From NCBI GenBank assembly GCA_024704765.1, contig JAKMXF010000346.1:6015-70014 (forward strand): a DNA stretch of 64,000 nt, given 5' to 3'. The DNA is from Oopsacas minuta (taxonomy: Eukaryota > Animalia > Porifera). Position numbers and translations under genes: made by a program. The notes beneath the pieces are model-generated. The model saw nothing but the letters and a program-made list of their open reading frames with translations, was not told the DNA's origin and ran no database searches. Of the stretch, positions 39,276 through 52,155 are shown piece by piece. Each line of letters starts with the position of its first letter. Position 1 is the first letter of the stretch.

Positions 39276-42200
39276 TAATTGATAGCATCTTGAAGGCAAA
39301 GAGAATGAAAATTTTGTATTATATTGTGGGTTCCAATCGAACTGGTTGTAAATTTTATGGCAACCGGAACCATCCAATCCATCTGCGATGATAAGCTCTA
39401 ACAGATATTTTGGACCATCGGGACATAAGTTCGATTCAAGTAATCGTAAAGTTGTCTGTTGTAAGATAGATTTGTATGAGATACCAATTCCTGCTTTAAC
39501 TTGATCATTGTCCCGAATTTCAATGATCTCAGATGATGCTATCATGGTGGCACGATAATCAGCTACTTTGTTGTATGGGGGGAATATAATATTTTCTGGT
39601 TTACATAATTTCCTCATATTAGTGTACTTGCGTTTACCAATCTCAAGAATATCTAGCAAGAACACAGATTTGTCTATCGGCAATCGCTTGACGCTACAAG
39701 CAAATGTCCCATTGGAAAGAAGGTCTTTACATGAATTAGCTGTTCGTTGGTCGTTAGCTTCATTAGAGATTAGTTGTAGAGCATAGGTAGCTATTGTTTT
39801 AGCATGAACATTTTCATTTTCTGCTATAGTAGCGATTAAATCCAAAAGTGGTTTTAATCTACATCTGAGAGCCTTCAGTGCCAATTCAGGCAGAGGTTTT
39901 CTAGACTCCTTTGCAAGGTCAACTGCAAAACCATTCGCTCTTCTCCAATAATACGTTTCTTTGTGGGACTGAAGGGTTGAGTAGAATAAAACAGGAGTGG
40001 TTGCCATGTAGATAGATCGTTACACTTACTGAAAGCATCACGTTCAGACTTCAATTTGCTGAATCTTCTCCGAATTGAGGAGAATTCGCCATCTGAAGGA
40101 TCATATATCTGGGTGAAGGAATCGACTGCAGTTCTGATTGATGGTTGAGAAATAAGAAAATCAAATGCTTCCTGGTTATTCATTTAGAATTTAAAATATT
40201 TGCTTGAAATTTGGTAAATAAAAGTAGTATAATATGAATTGCTGATATTCTGAAATTCTTAAAAATTAACTGGTCGCTCTATTAAAAATACTTGGTGTTC
40301 ATTTGCGGGAGGTTGCGGGAAGCTGGATTTAGTTCTAAATTACAGATAATATCATGACAAATCACCCTAAAACTTGATATTACCTGGCCACGACTGGCCA
40401 CAGTGAGTTTGAGGGGTAATTGGACCAAGGTATAATGTGTCCGGACACACTATGTGACGTCAAAATGAACTGAACCATGGAGAAAATATTCAAAGTGAAA
40501 TACTTAGCTCTTATCATAATTGGGAAGATTATATTCTGAACTAGTAATAGGTAAAAACTTAGAGCTGTCATTCTAATGAGTATTTTTGGATAGAGAGAAT
40601 TATATGCCTATGTGGGAACATAAAATAGAGATGAATAATGAATTCAATTATAGCCATCCACTAAGCATGACATTTGATTACAAAGTAATGGGAATTTCAC
40701 AAAGAAAATTATGATTCCCAGGTTTCAGACTATGGTGAATTTAATGGTAACATTTTCGAAAGCTTATGCGATGATGAAAAATTCACTCTAAAGCCTATGG
40801 TGAAGCCACTGTGCGTTATTTGCCTGTCTATCATGAGGTTTGTATTAAATATATGCAATGCTGCAAATGTTAAGCCTCAAGGGAAATCTGAAACGCTTTC
40901 TGAGGGTTTGCAATGCATTACAGTCACGAAAAACTTCACAGATCGCCCTCTTTACCCTAATAATGATACTGTTTGGGACAATATCTATGATAAAGCTGAA
41001 AAGATTATCGCTTCATGCGAGCGCTCAGATATTCCTCTATGACGCATTCGTCATGATCGTGCGGATACCGTTTCTCCCGGAAGTAACTATACAACTAAAG
41101 ATGACTACCGCATAGGAGTATTACAGGTTATTTGCGAGAGGGTATCCAGTGAGTTAGACAGGAGATTTCTGAACGAGGAGAATCAGATCGTCTTCCACGG
41201 CCTAAAAGCTCTTACACCCAGCTGCCACAACTTCTGAGAAGTAAATGATATAACTAACCTTTGTAGATAGTACAGCTTAATGTAGGATGACGCTAAACCT
41301 CTCATTTCTGAAATAATGCTTCTTGAAGACATGTACCGCGTGGTGGCTGTGATCATCCAACAGATTTCATTGGCCTAACAACTTTCTTCTGCCACACAGG
41401 TGTATTTCTTTCGTATTCAAAGAGCAGTACAGATTGCTATTATTCTGCCAATCACAGGTAATTCTTGCGAGAGGAGTTTCAGTGTCCTCAGAAGAATCAA
41501 ATCGTATTTGAGAAGTACACTGTGTGAACAGCGAAGCAGTGATATGGCTGTACTAGTAATAAATAGACAGGAACTACATGAACTCAAATAGATATGTTAT
41601 TCGGGAGATTCGAAGAGAAAAAAAGGCTTATAGTACTCAAGTAAGCTGAAATTCAATTACCTACCTATCCTGAAGTTAAAATAGACTATGCTCTTTAATT
41701 TCTCATTATCGTAGTGTTACATAATGACTGTTTTTCTATTACTACCATCTTAATGAAAATTCGTGCAATGTAACAATACCCATGCGACCCTAAGCTGTTG
41801 TATGATTATTATCAGGGGGGGGGCAGTTGCCCCCCCCTACTCAGTATGCTGGCGCCGCCACTGTATCCACCTGTGTTTTACCATTCAGTCATACGTGTAG
41901 ACCCAATTATTTCCGTTTGATGGCACTTTAATGTTTTGATTTCTCAATCTCTATTTTTCATTTTTCGAAAATTTTAATATATATAATCCAAATGTCATTG
42001 ATCGCGTTAGTATTTACACTTCATGCAACTTATCCGTGTGAGGGTCCACCCAAAATTATCCATCGTACGCGCTCTCGACGGCCCGGTCTACATCTTCAAA
42101 ATCTACGTTTAGATTCACAATTGTATTTCTCACCAATACATCCGATTTAATAATTTTTTATAACAATACCCATTCATACCTATTTTACTTATTAATCAAG

Positions 42201-43853
42201 ATTATTTGATATACTGCTTATATTTGCTGTATAATTTCAACTAGACTAGTATTTCATCATTCAATACCCTCAAGTCCTTGTAATAAGAGAAAGAGCTGTC
42301 GGATGGATTATGGATGAAGGATATCCTGGATTCCCGTATTCCATTTTATAAAGATTGGATTTGGATTTTACTCTTGTGGAAAATGAATTACCCATTGGAT
42401 TTATATCATGATTTGGATCCATCCCGCCCATCTGAATTAAGAGATAATGAGTTTTCAGGTGCCAATCCTGAAAACCCCTCAATACCAGAACCTCTTGAAA
42501 ACATTGAATACTCCCCATTATTTACACTACACTCTAGCAATCAACTAATCATCTCTAAAACGAATTTTGGATGAGAAACCATTTATTTTTCAGAGTCTAA
42601 CATGAAATACCGTATTGGCACCATACATGACCTTGTTTTCAAAATCATGCAATTGATTTCGTTTCACTATGAGTAAGGGATAATCGAGTATGTAGACTAT
42701 ATATATTGATATTTATTATAGTCAACACAGTTTGTTATGGTATTTAACCTGAATGAATTCTCAGAGCAAGGAGCCCTATATCTGGGGCTGGTTCCGTTCA
42801 GTATATACGTATACACGGGGGGGCAAGGGGGGTTACGCCCCCTTGAAAATAATATTAACAATCCTAAGCTCCACTCCCAGTCCTTTGGCTGGACATTTTT
42901 TCTATTTAAATACACAATGTTTCTCGATGTTTGGCTTAAATATTTGGTTAGTTACCAACGGCACACCTTACGATAAATGAATAATTTATAAGTATATATT
43001 CAAAAACATCCTATATTGTTATTAACTCTGTAAGAAGCATAGAATCATTGAGTGGCCGCTGTGGTCATACTATTGAAATCCTGTGTAAAGGTTATTTAGA
43101 GGGCCACATGTGTAAAACTGGATTAATCTAACCTAGCGTCTTCGGACAAGGGGTCACCCGATGGATATATGACAAAATTTGTTGCAATGTTCTGACACAT
43201 TCCTGCTTTGCTATGGAAAATTCTCTTCAAATATTGTCAAGTGACCCAGCAAGTTTTTAGATATGTGATGCTGAAAACGAATCTGGTGTTTAAGAATTGA
43301 TTCAATTAAATTGAATTGGTTCACTAATGGGTGATATCGACGAATTAGCGATGCATTGGTTTAACTTCTTTATTAAGTCTTTAGTTCGAATCAGAAACAT
43401 AAAATATGTGTTATTTATGACTTTTTTTATGAATTCTTTTTGGTACTGCTCAAGACAATTTCTTTATTGTCGATTGTACTTCCTGTAAGAAGTATTCATC
43501 ATTTACTTCATCCATGACTCATTGAATGTATTTTTGCATATATCTACAAAATTTTGTATATCATTGTAACTAACTATTTCTTGAATATACCATTGGTAAA
43601 TATATTCGGAGCAGAGTAATAGTGTATACCTCACCCTTTTCAGAAATAGTCGCAAAGATACTTCTAAACTGAATTTGGAGGTAAATTTATGATACTTGGT
43701 GAAACACAAAAGTAATGAGACTCAATGTGTGAGTTGAGCATAATCACAAATTTTGTATGTCATCTGCTCATGATGACTGTTAATACTACACCATATATTG
43801 TACATAATTCGGTTTATACACAATTCTTATCATTTCTTTTCTGTTATTCATTA

Positions 43854-45155
43854 CAGGGTGACTTGTAAGTCCTGACCCCTATATTTGCAGTTTTACGACA
43901 AGCATAATAAATTTTCTTAGGTTATGATATTTATATATATATGTTGTATATGTATGTAGTCTAGCATAGTTATTAGTTAGAACTGAGTGATATTTCTACA
44001 CGATCCCTTCACTACACAGATGGAAAGACAACGGTCTGCTATAATTGAATTATTTGTTAATGGGAAGCGCCAATGTGACATTATGAGATCATTGAATATC
44101 CCGAAAGAGCGGAGGAAATTTGTCTATAGTACTATCCAGCGTTATCTTGAGACTGGTAGTGTCAAAGACAAAAGTAGAAGTGGACGTCCAATTGCTGTAA
44201 CCACAACCAGGATGAAGAAAATAATCAGAGACAGAATTCGGCGAAATCCACGCCGATCAATGAGAAAAATGTCATCTGAACTCAAATATTGCGTACATCA
44301 GTTCATAAGATTGTGAAAAGTTCCCTGGGTTATCTTACAAACGAAGAAGGGTACACTATCTGTCAACTGCGATTCGACAAAACGATTACTTCGTAGCAAA
44401 AAGCTTCTTAGTCGGCTCGCAGAACATGGCAATCATAATGTTCTGTATTCAGATGAAAAGTTATTCACAATTGAGGAGGCCAGTAACTCTCAAAACGACA
44501 GGATCTTATCTTCTACTGCTTCCACTATAAATGAAGAACTCCGCTATGTTCGGAGAGTCCAAAAGCCACTTTCAGTTATGATTTGGGGAGGGGTCTCCGG
44601 TTTTGGACGGACACCACTGATATTTGTCCCCCATGGTGTAAAATTCAACTCTACAGAATACAAGGATCGTATTTTAGGACCTGTAGTGAAAGACATGGGT
44701 GCTAGCATGTTTAACAAGAATCGATTCTTGTTTCAACAAGATGGGGCCCAGCCCATACAGCTCGCATCACTCAGACCTGGCTTTTCAGAAAATATTCCCG
44801 ATTTTATCACTAAAGAAGAATGGCCACCGTTTAGTCCGGATCTAAATCCCATGGATTTCTCTATATGGGCGATATTGGAGAAAAATGCATGCGCAAAGCT
44901 CATGCTAATATTGCGTCTTTAAAAAGAAGGATCTACTTCGTGAATTGGCTAGAATCCCAGAAGAAACTCTGCGGGCCGCAGTAGAGGCAGTGCCAGGGCG
45001 TCTATGAGCAGTAATCACAAAGAAAGGTGGCTACATTGAATAATTCAATCAAATATAATTAGTTCCAGTATGTGTTTTGAAATATCGATTAGTAAATCTG
45101 TGTAAAATAGCCTACCAATGTGAACAATAAAATGTATAATGGGTCAGGGCTTACA
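43854..45155 (+). mobile_element. DD37D (maT/mori-like) element, frameshifted, right TIR tip lost
   Basis: Left TIR TA|CAGGGTGACTTGTAAGTCCTGACCC with a partial mirror GGGTCAGGGCTTACA at 45141-45155. Motifs SGRP, YSDEKLFT, FQQDGA and PDLNPMDFSIW. Confidence 0.88.
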
Positions 45156-48100
45156 TATTTATCGAGCCTATTTGTTATGCACTGTCTGGAACTAATCATA
45201 TTATTTATTTTTCAAAATATTGGCGCCCCTAGAACACGCAGTTATTAAGAAACGGCGCCTTAATTATTCCGATTATGGTAATAGAAAAATTTATACTTTC
45301 TATGCATTACTAAGGCAAAAATATATTTGTTCTCGATAGACAGCTCACTTTCATTGGACATTTTATCTAATTCAAGATATCCAGTCTATTTGTGGTATTT
45401 TATCATGTAAAACACAGAAATTTCGCTTATTATACATGAGCTGGTTTTACCTTCTGATGGTTACACAATAAATATCCTTAACTCTGTAAATACAATTAAT
45501 TTTTTTCAAACTCATAGTTATTTCTTAATTATACATTCCGATTATATATTATCTCTTATTGTTTGTCATTTTGTGATCTAGTATCGTAACCCCACTATTC
45601 TCATTAAACTAACTTGCAGTTCGCGATTTTGCAATTCTCGGCAATTCTCAGGAACCTAAGCCCCGCGATTGTCGGGGTTTCCTGTCATGATTACCTCTAT
45701 ATAAATGTATACCTATTTTTGAATATTTTTGTTTACTGACACGTGGGACCATAGTAGTTTAATAGGAATTTCAGAAAATATGATTAATCACCAAAGAGGG
45801 CGGAAGAATAGATATTCAGTAAAATGTTCAATTGTCAGGTGCATGACTAGACGTATAACGAGTTCGCACCCTGGCTACACCTTTGGTCGCACCTGTAATT
45901 TGTATTCGCTCTAGAGAGTTGTAAGCAACGAATGGAGTCCTCGAGCCCCTGTCCCTCTCCTCTCACTGGTTCTGCGCCTACATTCGCTTACTATCAACTG
46001 TTATAAACTTGCTTTCTTGTTTGATTTAATCGTTCATGCAGGTTTGACTGTATACGTTTATATGTCCAAAATTTATTGAACAAACTTGAAGAGAGCCAGA
46101 GTTAATGTTTGGAATACACACAAGCATTTTGGTCCTGGAACAAGTTCGAGTCTTTGACAGAAATCCACACCGATTACGCAATTATTATGTAATCGTCACA
46201 ATTTTTTGCTTTCTAAAATCACATTATTTGCAACTACTTGGCCCATATATATGATAGAAGTTTGAAATTTGAATCGTAGGTACCCCTCAATATTTCAAAT
46301 TTCCTGACGTCACCATAAATGTTCAAAAAATGTAAATATTCTAAATTTCAAAATTTTTGAGAATTTCTTAATACCCTATGCACAGTATGTCGTGTGTTCT
46401 TGCCTAAAGCGACAATGCAGCTCCCCTGGCATTACAAAAGGCCATTTTAGTCGCTTTTAGACCAAGAGCACTAAGAAACTTTTGCTGATTAATCCTAGAG
46501 GTTAACCTGAGGCACTAATATGTCGCGCAGCGTATATTTGCTTCTATTATTTATTATGATCAATGGATATGTTATGAAGTGCATTGTAACTACTAGGGCA
46601 TTCCAAATTTCTTAACTCTTTGTTGTAAATTTTTTTTGTCTTTCACTTACTATTTTGTTAATTTCTATATTTAGTGCAATTTTCAACTCTCTTTCCGTCT
46701 TTCGTTTGGTAAAATCTATATATTATTTTTCACCTTTCCGCTATTTTGCCATTGGATTTATTACCATAGGTAATTTATGAATTAGTAATTTCATTAAGAT
46801 ACCTAAAGAAATAAATACCCTTATCAAAACAGGTTATTGCTCAATGATATTTCACTCTATGTTCTCTATAATTTTAACACTTTATTTACTGATTCAAGTT
46901 TGAAATCAAGAATCAGGGAGTGAATTCTTCGATTTGGTTGAGGCAGATCGTCGATTGGATATGACCTTTTGAAAGGTAATGATTATTTTGACTACCTCGA
47001 ATACTATCAGTCTTATTTTCAAAATATTCAATGAAGATACCTTGGTAGTAATGCATAATGAGACGAACTATATAAATTTATCACCTGGGAACTGTTCATG
47101 ATCTTCTGAGGAGGCATATCGATTTAGGGTAGGTTTATTCTTGCCTGATCACGAATATTATTTTTGAGGAGCATCAAAAGGTCCACCTAACAATTCCCTA
47201 AACGCTCCAGTAAATGTATTATGTACAATTAGTAGAGTATTTGAGATCTATCTAACGATGAGTACATACGTGATGTAATGCAGAAGATATACGTCCTAAG
47301 ACAGCTAATTCTTGTCCGAAATGTTTTGCTACATATGTGCAGTTAATACGCCCAATCACTTGTATAAAACTATTTGATTCTATAAATTTTTTTGTAATTG
47401 TGATTGGTTCATCCCATTGGGAAACAATATACTCTCTGGTAAAAGAGCAAAGTGCATCTGTCCCTGTGCTAATGCATCGAGTAACTGAAAGCTTTGAAAC
47501 CCCATGTGATATTGCCTATACTGTTGAAACGAGCCGGTGACTAGAAATTGTAATCATACTGCTAATTCGGTGGTATGAGGAATGGAATGTGATCGGATAG
47601 TAGATCTATTAGAAAGTGACAACATCTTATCTTGAAGTTTAACGAACAAGTATTTTGTAACGCTGTAGCCCGCAATGAAACCTATATCAGATATCAATCG
47701 GATTGATTCTATCGAAACATTCATTGCCGTAAGGGGATAATATTTGCATAATATGACATTCGCTCTTCTATTTATTCTCGAACTTTCCCCCCAGTTTTTC
47801 ATATATCTACTGCATATTGATATCATGAAGCATCCATAGGTATACATGAACACTAAAGTATAATTTGCCAAAAGCAAATTTTAAGTTTCAATGGTAAAAA
47901 TATTGTTGTTCCATTTACATAACTTATTATCTCGTCATTTCATAAAAATCCTCAATCAATCAATCAATCAATACGTTTCTTCAGTGCATATAAATACCAA
48001 CGATTATGCATTCTATTGACAAAATCCTGAATAAAAATGAGGAAATTTGTGTTGGTATAGGCCTATTTTAAGTGTGGGCCAACATTTATAAAATTCTGAT

Positions 48101-48296
48101 AGCTTAAATCCCATTGGACCTATCTCTTAGCTAATGTTGTACATTAACCAGTACCGAGGCCATAATTTATTTTGCCTTCATTTACTAATTTCAAAGAACC
48201 ACTAATTTGAGTATACGTATATTGGTTCGAAATAATTCACTTACATTTTTGAATTCTTTTCATTTTGTTATTTCAGGTAATATTATCATTATTTAG

Positions 48297-48458
48297 CCCA
48301 AAGTCCCTCTCCTGGAAGAACATTATTGTGATCTTAAAACAAAGAAGTTTTTTAACTCCCTTATCGAATTTATGGCAACTGGACCTGTCGTGTGTATGGT
48401 ATGGGTTGGTCTTAATGTAGTTAAGATGGGCAGAATGTTACTTGGAGAGACTGATCCG
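48297..48458 (+). CDS. ndk: Nucleoside diphosphate kinase, second coding exon, 54 aa
   Basis: TTTAG|CCC ... CCG|GTATGT. It translates as [54 protein letters not shown], directly continuing the exon at 23479-23619 in phase 0. The catalytic-His exon (IHGSD) was not found in the window. Confidence 0.9.
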
Positions 48459-48954
48459 GTATGTTTACTTCAAATGTATATAGTTTTTTATTTATTTTAC
48501 TCTTTTTATTTTCGCATTATAGAATTCTTTCGTTTTAACACTTTATTTATTTATGTATACAAAATGATTTTCGTTATGTAAACATATTCTTATTTAGTTA
48601 CTACCATTTACAATTACTAATATTTTCTATAGCTTGAGCATATGATATATATAGGATAATTTGTGCGTTCTCTTGCCTTGGAATATATGGAGCAGCGGTT
48701 TATATTTTGCGTACTATAAGGCCTAGAGAGTAGTTATACCTAATTATTCTTATTTCATAATGATTTTATCTCTCTAATTGAGGTTTTAGGCCCCTTGGCT
48801 CTCGGCTACAGAATTTCCTATATTTTTAATATTTTCATACCCAATTTCTAGATGGATCAAAGATGCTTGAAATCGTTTCAACGGCTAGTCAAGGCTAATC
48901 GGTAGGAATTGTCCCCACCGCACAACTACCCTGTTGGCGCGCATATTTATTCTA

Positions 48955-50309
48955 CAGTATGTCCCACAATTATTGGCATTGATTTTAACTATCGATTACT
49001 TCTACCCTGTAAAATATTTATTATTTTGAACTTTATTATATCAATATACTGATGAATAAGAAAGATGTATATGTGATCCCACAACGAATAAATTAATATC
49101 TAATTTTTCCACCCTTATTTTTCAAACAGAGTTTAATTCTCTTCTCCATTGAAAGGCAGAACGGCCTAATAAATTCAGGATCGAATGATTGCCATATCTC
49201 AATAATTCCTTTCTTCAACTGTTCTACAGTTTTTGGTGCTCGCACCATCAGTCTTCTTTTGAATACACCGCATAGATTTTCAATAGGAGCTAGATCAGGA
49301 CTGTTGGGGGGCCAATTAATCCTGTGGGGTACAAATTGGGACTTCCATGCTTTTGCCACCTTTCCTGTGTGCACTGGGCTATTGTCCTCTTGCAAAATCC
49401 AAACATTACCATAGAGAGCGTTAGCTTGCTCTATCAAGTATTCGTTGAGAGTAGAAATATAACGCAATTGATTAAAGTTCTCTGTAAAAATACTAAATGG
49501 CGTAGCCCCCATCAGAGAAATGCCACCCCAAAGATGAACTTTGGATGGATGTCGATATGAAGACAACTGAACTGGTTGACCTTTCTTTGTCCACACTTTA
49601 ACTTTCCCCGAATCGAGCCAGATTGAACATTCGTCCGTAAAAATGTTTTTGACCAATCAAACCTTTTCATATCCTTACACCAATTGACGCGCTTTTTGGA
49701 CCTGAAGGTCAGTTAATGCTGGAATTCGAATCACAGGGGATTTTACGAAATTTTGTCTTTTAAGGTGACGATATATAGTGCTTTTCCCGACATTCGATTG
49801 CAATCTGGTAGTCAACTGTCGACATCTTTGCATTCGATTTTAATGGAATGGATATCCTTCTCTTGTCGTTTGGTGGAATTTTCGTTGGTGGACCAGCTCC
49901 CTTTTTGTGAATTAGACATTTGTCTTTTTTTATCAGCGCAATAACTCGAAACACAGTTCTGACGGAAACACCAATACGCGAGGATGTATCTTTAGCGTTG
50001 GTAATTCCCGCATTGTAAAGGGTTTGAATTTCCATTCGACGTTGTTGTTGGGTTTTCAGACCAGCCATGTTTAATATCACAATAATAGAATGCTAGCAAA
50101 AATACAACATAATTTGTGAAAAGAATTGTGAAATCTCTAATGGGTAGTGTTGAAATCAAGGGAGTCTAAACAAAATCAATAATATATTGTATGTTTCTAA
50201 TTTATTCTGCTGTACATTTCGAACTGGATTACTAAAATATCAAAGAATGGTTGGATAATATTAATTGATAACAAATAGAGATTACTGCCAATAATTATGG
50301 GACGAACTG
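48955..50309 (-). mobile_element. Tc1 (DD34E) element, frameshifted
   Basis: TIRs CAGTATGTCCCACAATTATTGGCA and TGCCAATAATTATGGGACGAACTG, TA-flanked. Motifs IFTDEC and ILQEDN...PDLAPIE with a 34-residue spacer. Confidence 0.92.
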
Positions 50310-50452
50310 TACTTATATTTTGAGTTTATGCTATTTTAATGTGTCAACTATACTTTAATATGTGACTTAGTATTGAAATGGTTATCTATAATCCCTATAT
50401 TATATTATTAACTCTGTTCACGTATTACAGCCATAACATAATTAGATTGGGG

Positions 50453-52155
50453 CAGGGGTCGGCAAAGTGCGGCTCGCGTGCCAGATGTGGCGAGCGAGGT
50501 GATTTTATCCCGCACTCGACTTTTAGAGTAATTATTCTACTTTTCAGGCTCCTTCAATTATAATCCAAAATTGTATAAGGAACACTTATAATGGCCCCTA
50601 TGACAATTCTTTTGTAAACACCTATTATGAGCTCTCCGGTATTTGGTGGCCATATTGAAGAATGGATGAATGGAATGAATGTGTTAGTGATGCCACACAA
50701 ATGTATTCTGACACTATTTGGATTTGATCTCAGCATAATATAGTATGCATAATTGTAGATAAATACATATAGTTCAAGTTTCAATACTCAGATCAAATTT
50801 TCAAATTCATTGTGAATTAGATAATGGCATCAACATCAAAAAATGGCGGAAAGTAGATCTCTGAAAATCGCGTCTTTAAGGAAAGTTGGACAGTGCAATA
50901 TTTTTTTATCATGCAGGTTAAAATACCCACCTGCCCTTTATGTGCTGCATCCTTTGCTGTGATAAAGGAGACCAATTTGAAGCGACACTACGAGACGAAG
51001 CATTCGAGAAATTTCGATTTTTTCTTACTGGTGCCACTCGAAGGAATAAGATCGAATCTCTGCAAAGGTCTTTAACTGAGCAACAGAATCAATTCTCACA
51101 GCATACTTCTGAATTAAAGAATACTACACATGCTAGTTTCGCTGTTAGCGAACTCATTGGGGAACGCATGAAACATTTCACTGATGGTGAATATGTGAAG
51201 GAGTGTTTTCTAACTGTGGTTGGTATTATATAACCAGAAAAAAGAGATCTTTTTGGTAAGATTAGTCTGTTTACAAGAACCGTTATCCTAAGAATTGAAG
51301 ATTTGTCTTCAGATGTCCGGACAACATTACAAGAGTGTACTCAACAATTTGAATTATATGCAATTGCACATGATGAGAGCACTGATACGACTGATATTGC
51401 TCAGGTTTGCAATTTTTTGTGAGAGGAATCAATGCAACGTTTGACATTACAGAAGAAATGACAAGTTTGGTTTCACTAAAGGATACCACTACTGGTGAGA
51501 ATATATTCTAAGGAATGATGAGTGTCATAGGTAGCCTGTGCTTAATTCTAAGTAATATTTGTGGGGTAACGACGGATAGTGCTCCAGCTATGATCGGAAA
51601 GGTGTTGGGAACAGTTTCTTTGATAGAAAAAGAAATGTGAAATGTTGGCATTGAAATAAAACTCGCAAAACACATTCTATGATCCATCTCGGGGTCTTGT
51701 ACACAAAACCTCTGAGGATGCAGGAAGTAATGCGGACAGTCTTAAAATTGTGAACTTTATGCGTGCAAGAGGATTATATCATCGTCAATTTCAGCCTACG
51801 TTAGAATATATGGATGACCAATGTGTCGATTTTGTTATATTATCGCCAAGTGCGCTGGTTAAGTAGAGGTGCATGTTGCAAAGAGTTTTCCAGTTTGGAG
51901 CTGAATTGAGGAATTATTTGAGGGAAAAGGGATGGAAGTTCCAGAGCTCAGTGATGCGAAATGGATGGCAGATTTGCCTTTTGGGTGGACATCACTAATC
52001 ATCTCAATATGCTAAATTTGAAAATACAAGGAATAAACCAGTTCATCAATGTCCTCTATGAACACATTTATGCATTTGAAGTTAAGTTACAACTATGTGA
52101 GCTTCAATTGAAAGAGAGTAATTGTATTCATTTCCCTACACTTTATTCACACCAA
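50453..52155 (+). mobile_element. 3'-truncated second copy of the 17253 hAT (Buster/SPIN-like) element
   Basis: Starts CAGGGGTCGGCAAA. It is near-identical to 17283-18957 including the same frameshifts and stops (identical ORF translations in the track). Confidence 0.93.

Larger units (their letters stand above)
35762..40183 (-). pseudogene. Transib/RAG1-core-like transposase, ~700 aa reconstructed; ~4 frameshifts; split by the Chapaev3-like insert
   Basis: RKPLPELALKALRCRL (NBD-like), IADGLDGSG (D1), TMFDGK (D2), CQLC, SPLH, PSLHRLLAH, SEETVEA.NKLIRRYREHLARK (E) and the C-tail CKECGGIGHTCRVKC; stop at 35762. Confidence 0.88.
34910..40813 (-). mobile_element. Transib/RAG1-like DNA transposon with RSS-like bipartite termini
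   Basis: Ends CACAGTGGCTT (34910) and AAGCCACTGTG (40813); exact 5-bp TSD CGTTA at 34905-34909 and 40814-40818. Excision restores the hAT frame (ITSCFVICLSIM). Confidence 0.93.
33092..41863 (+). mobile_element. hAT (ZMYM1-like) element, decayed, intron-containing, host of the Transib nest
   Basis: TIRs CAAGGGCTGCGCTAGC and GCTGGCGCCGCCACTG; exact 8-bp TSD TATCCACC at 33084-33091 and 41864-41871. Motifs: TTF finger WLEYS..ALYCFPCRHF, GLRGHRE, ADETRDISKVEQ, VHCFAYRLNLVV and PITGNSCERSFSVLRRIK. Confidence 0.95.

Noticed and set aside
40399-40405. Internal CACAGTG heptamer inside the Transib 5' region
   Set aside because: No second block, partner end or TSD was found; a 7-mer is expected by chance in 64 kb.
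46880-47880. IGFIAGYSV motif, reminiscent of P-element/Kolobok C-termini
   Set aside because: A single short motif with no supporting catalytic regions or TIRs.
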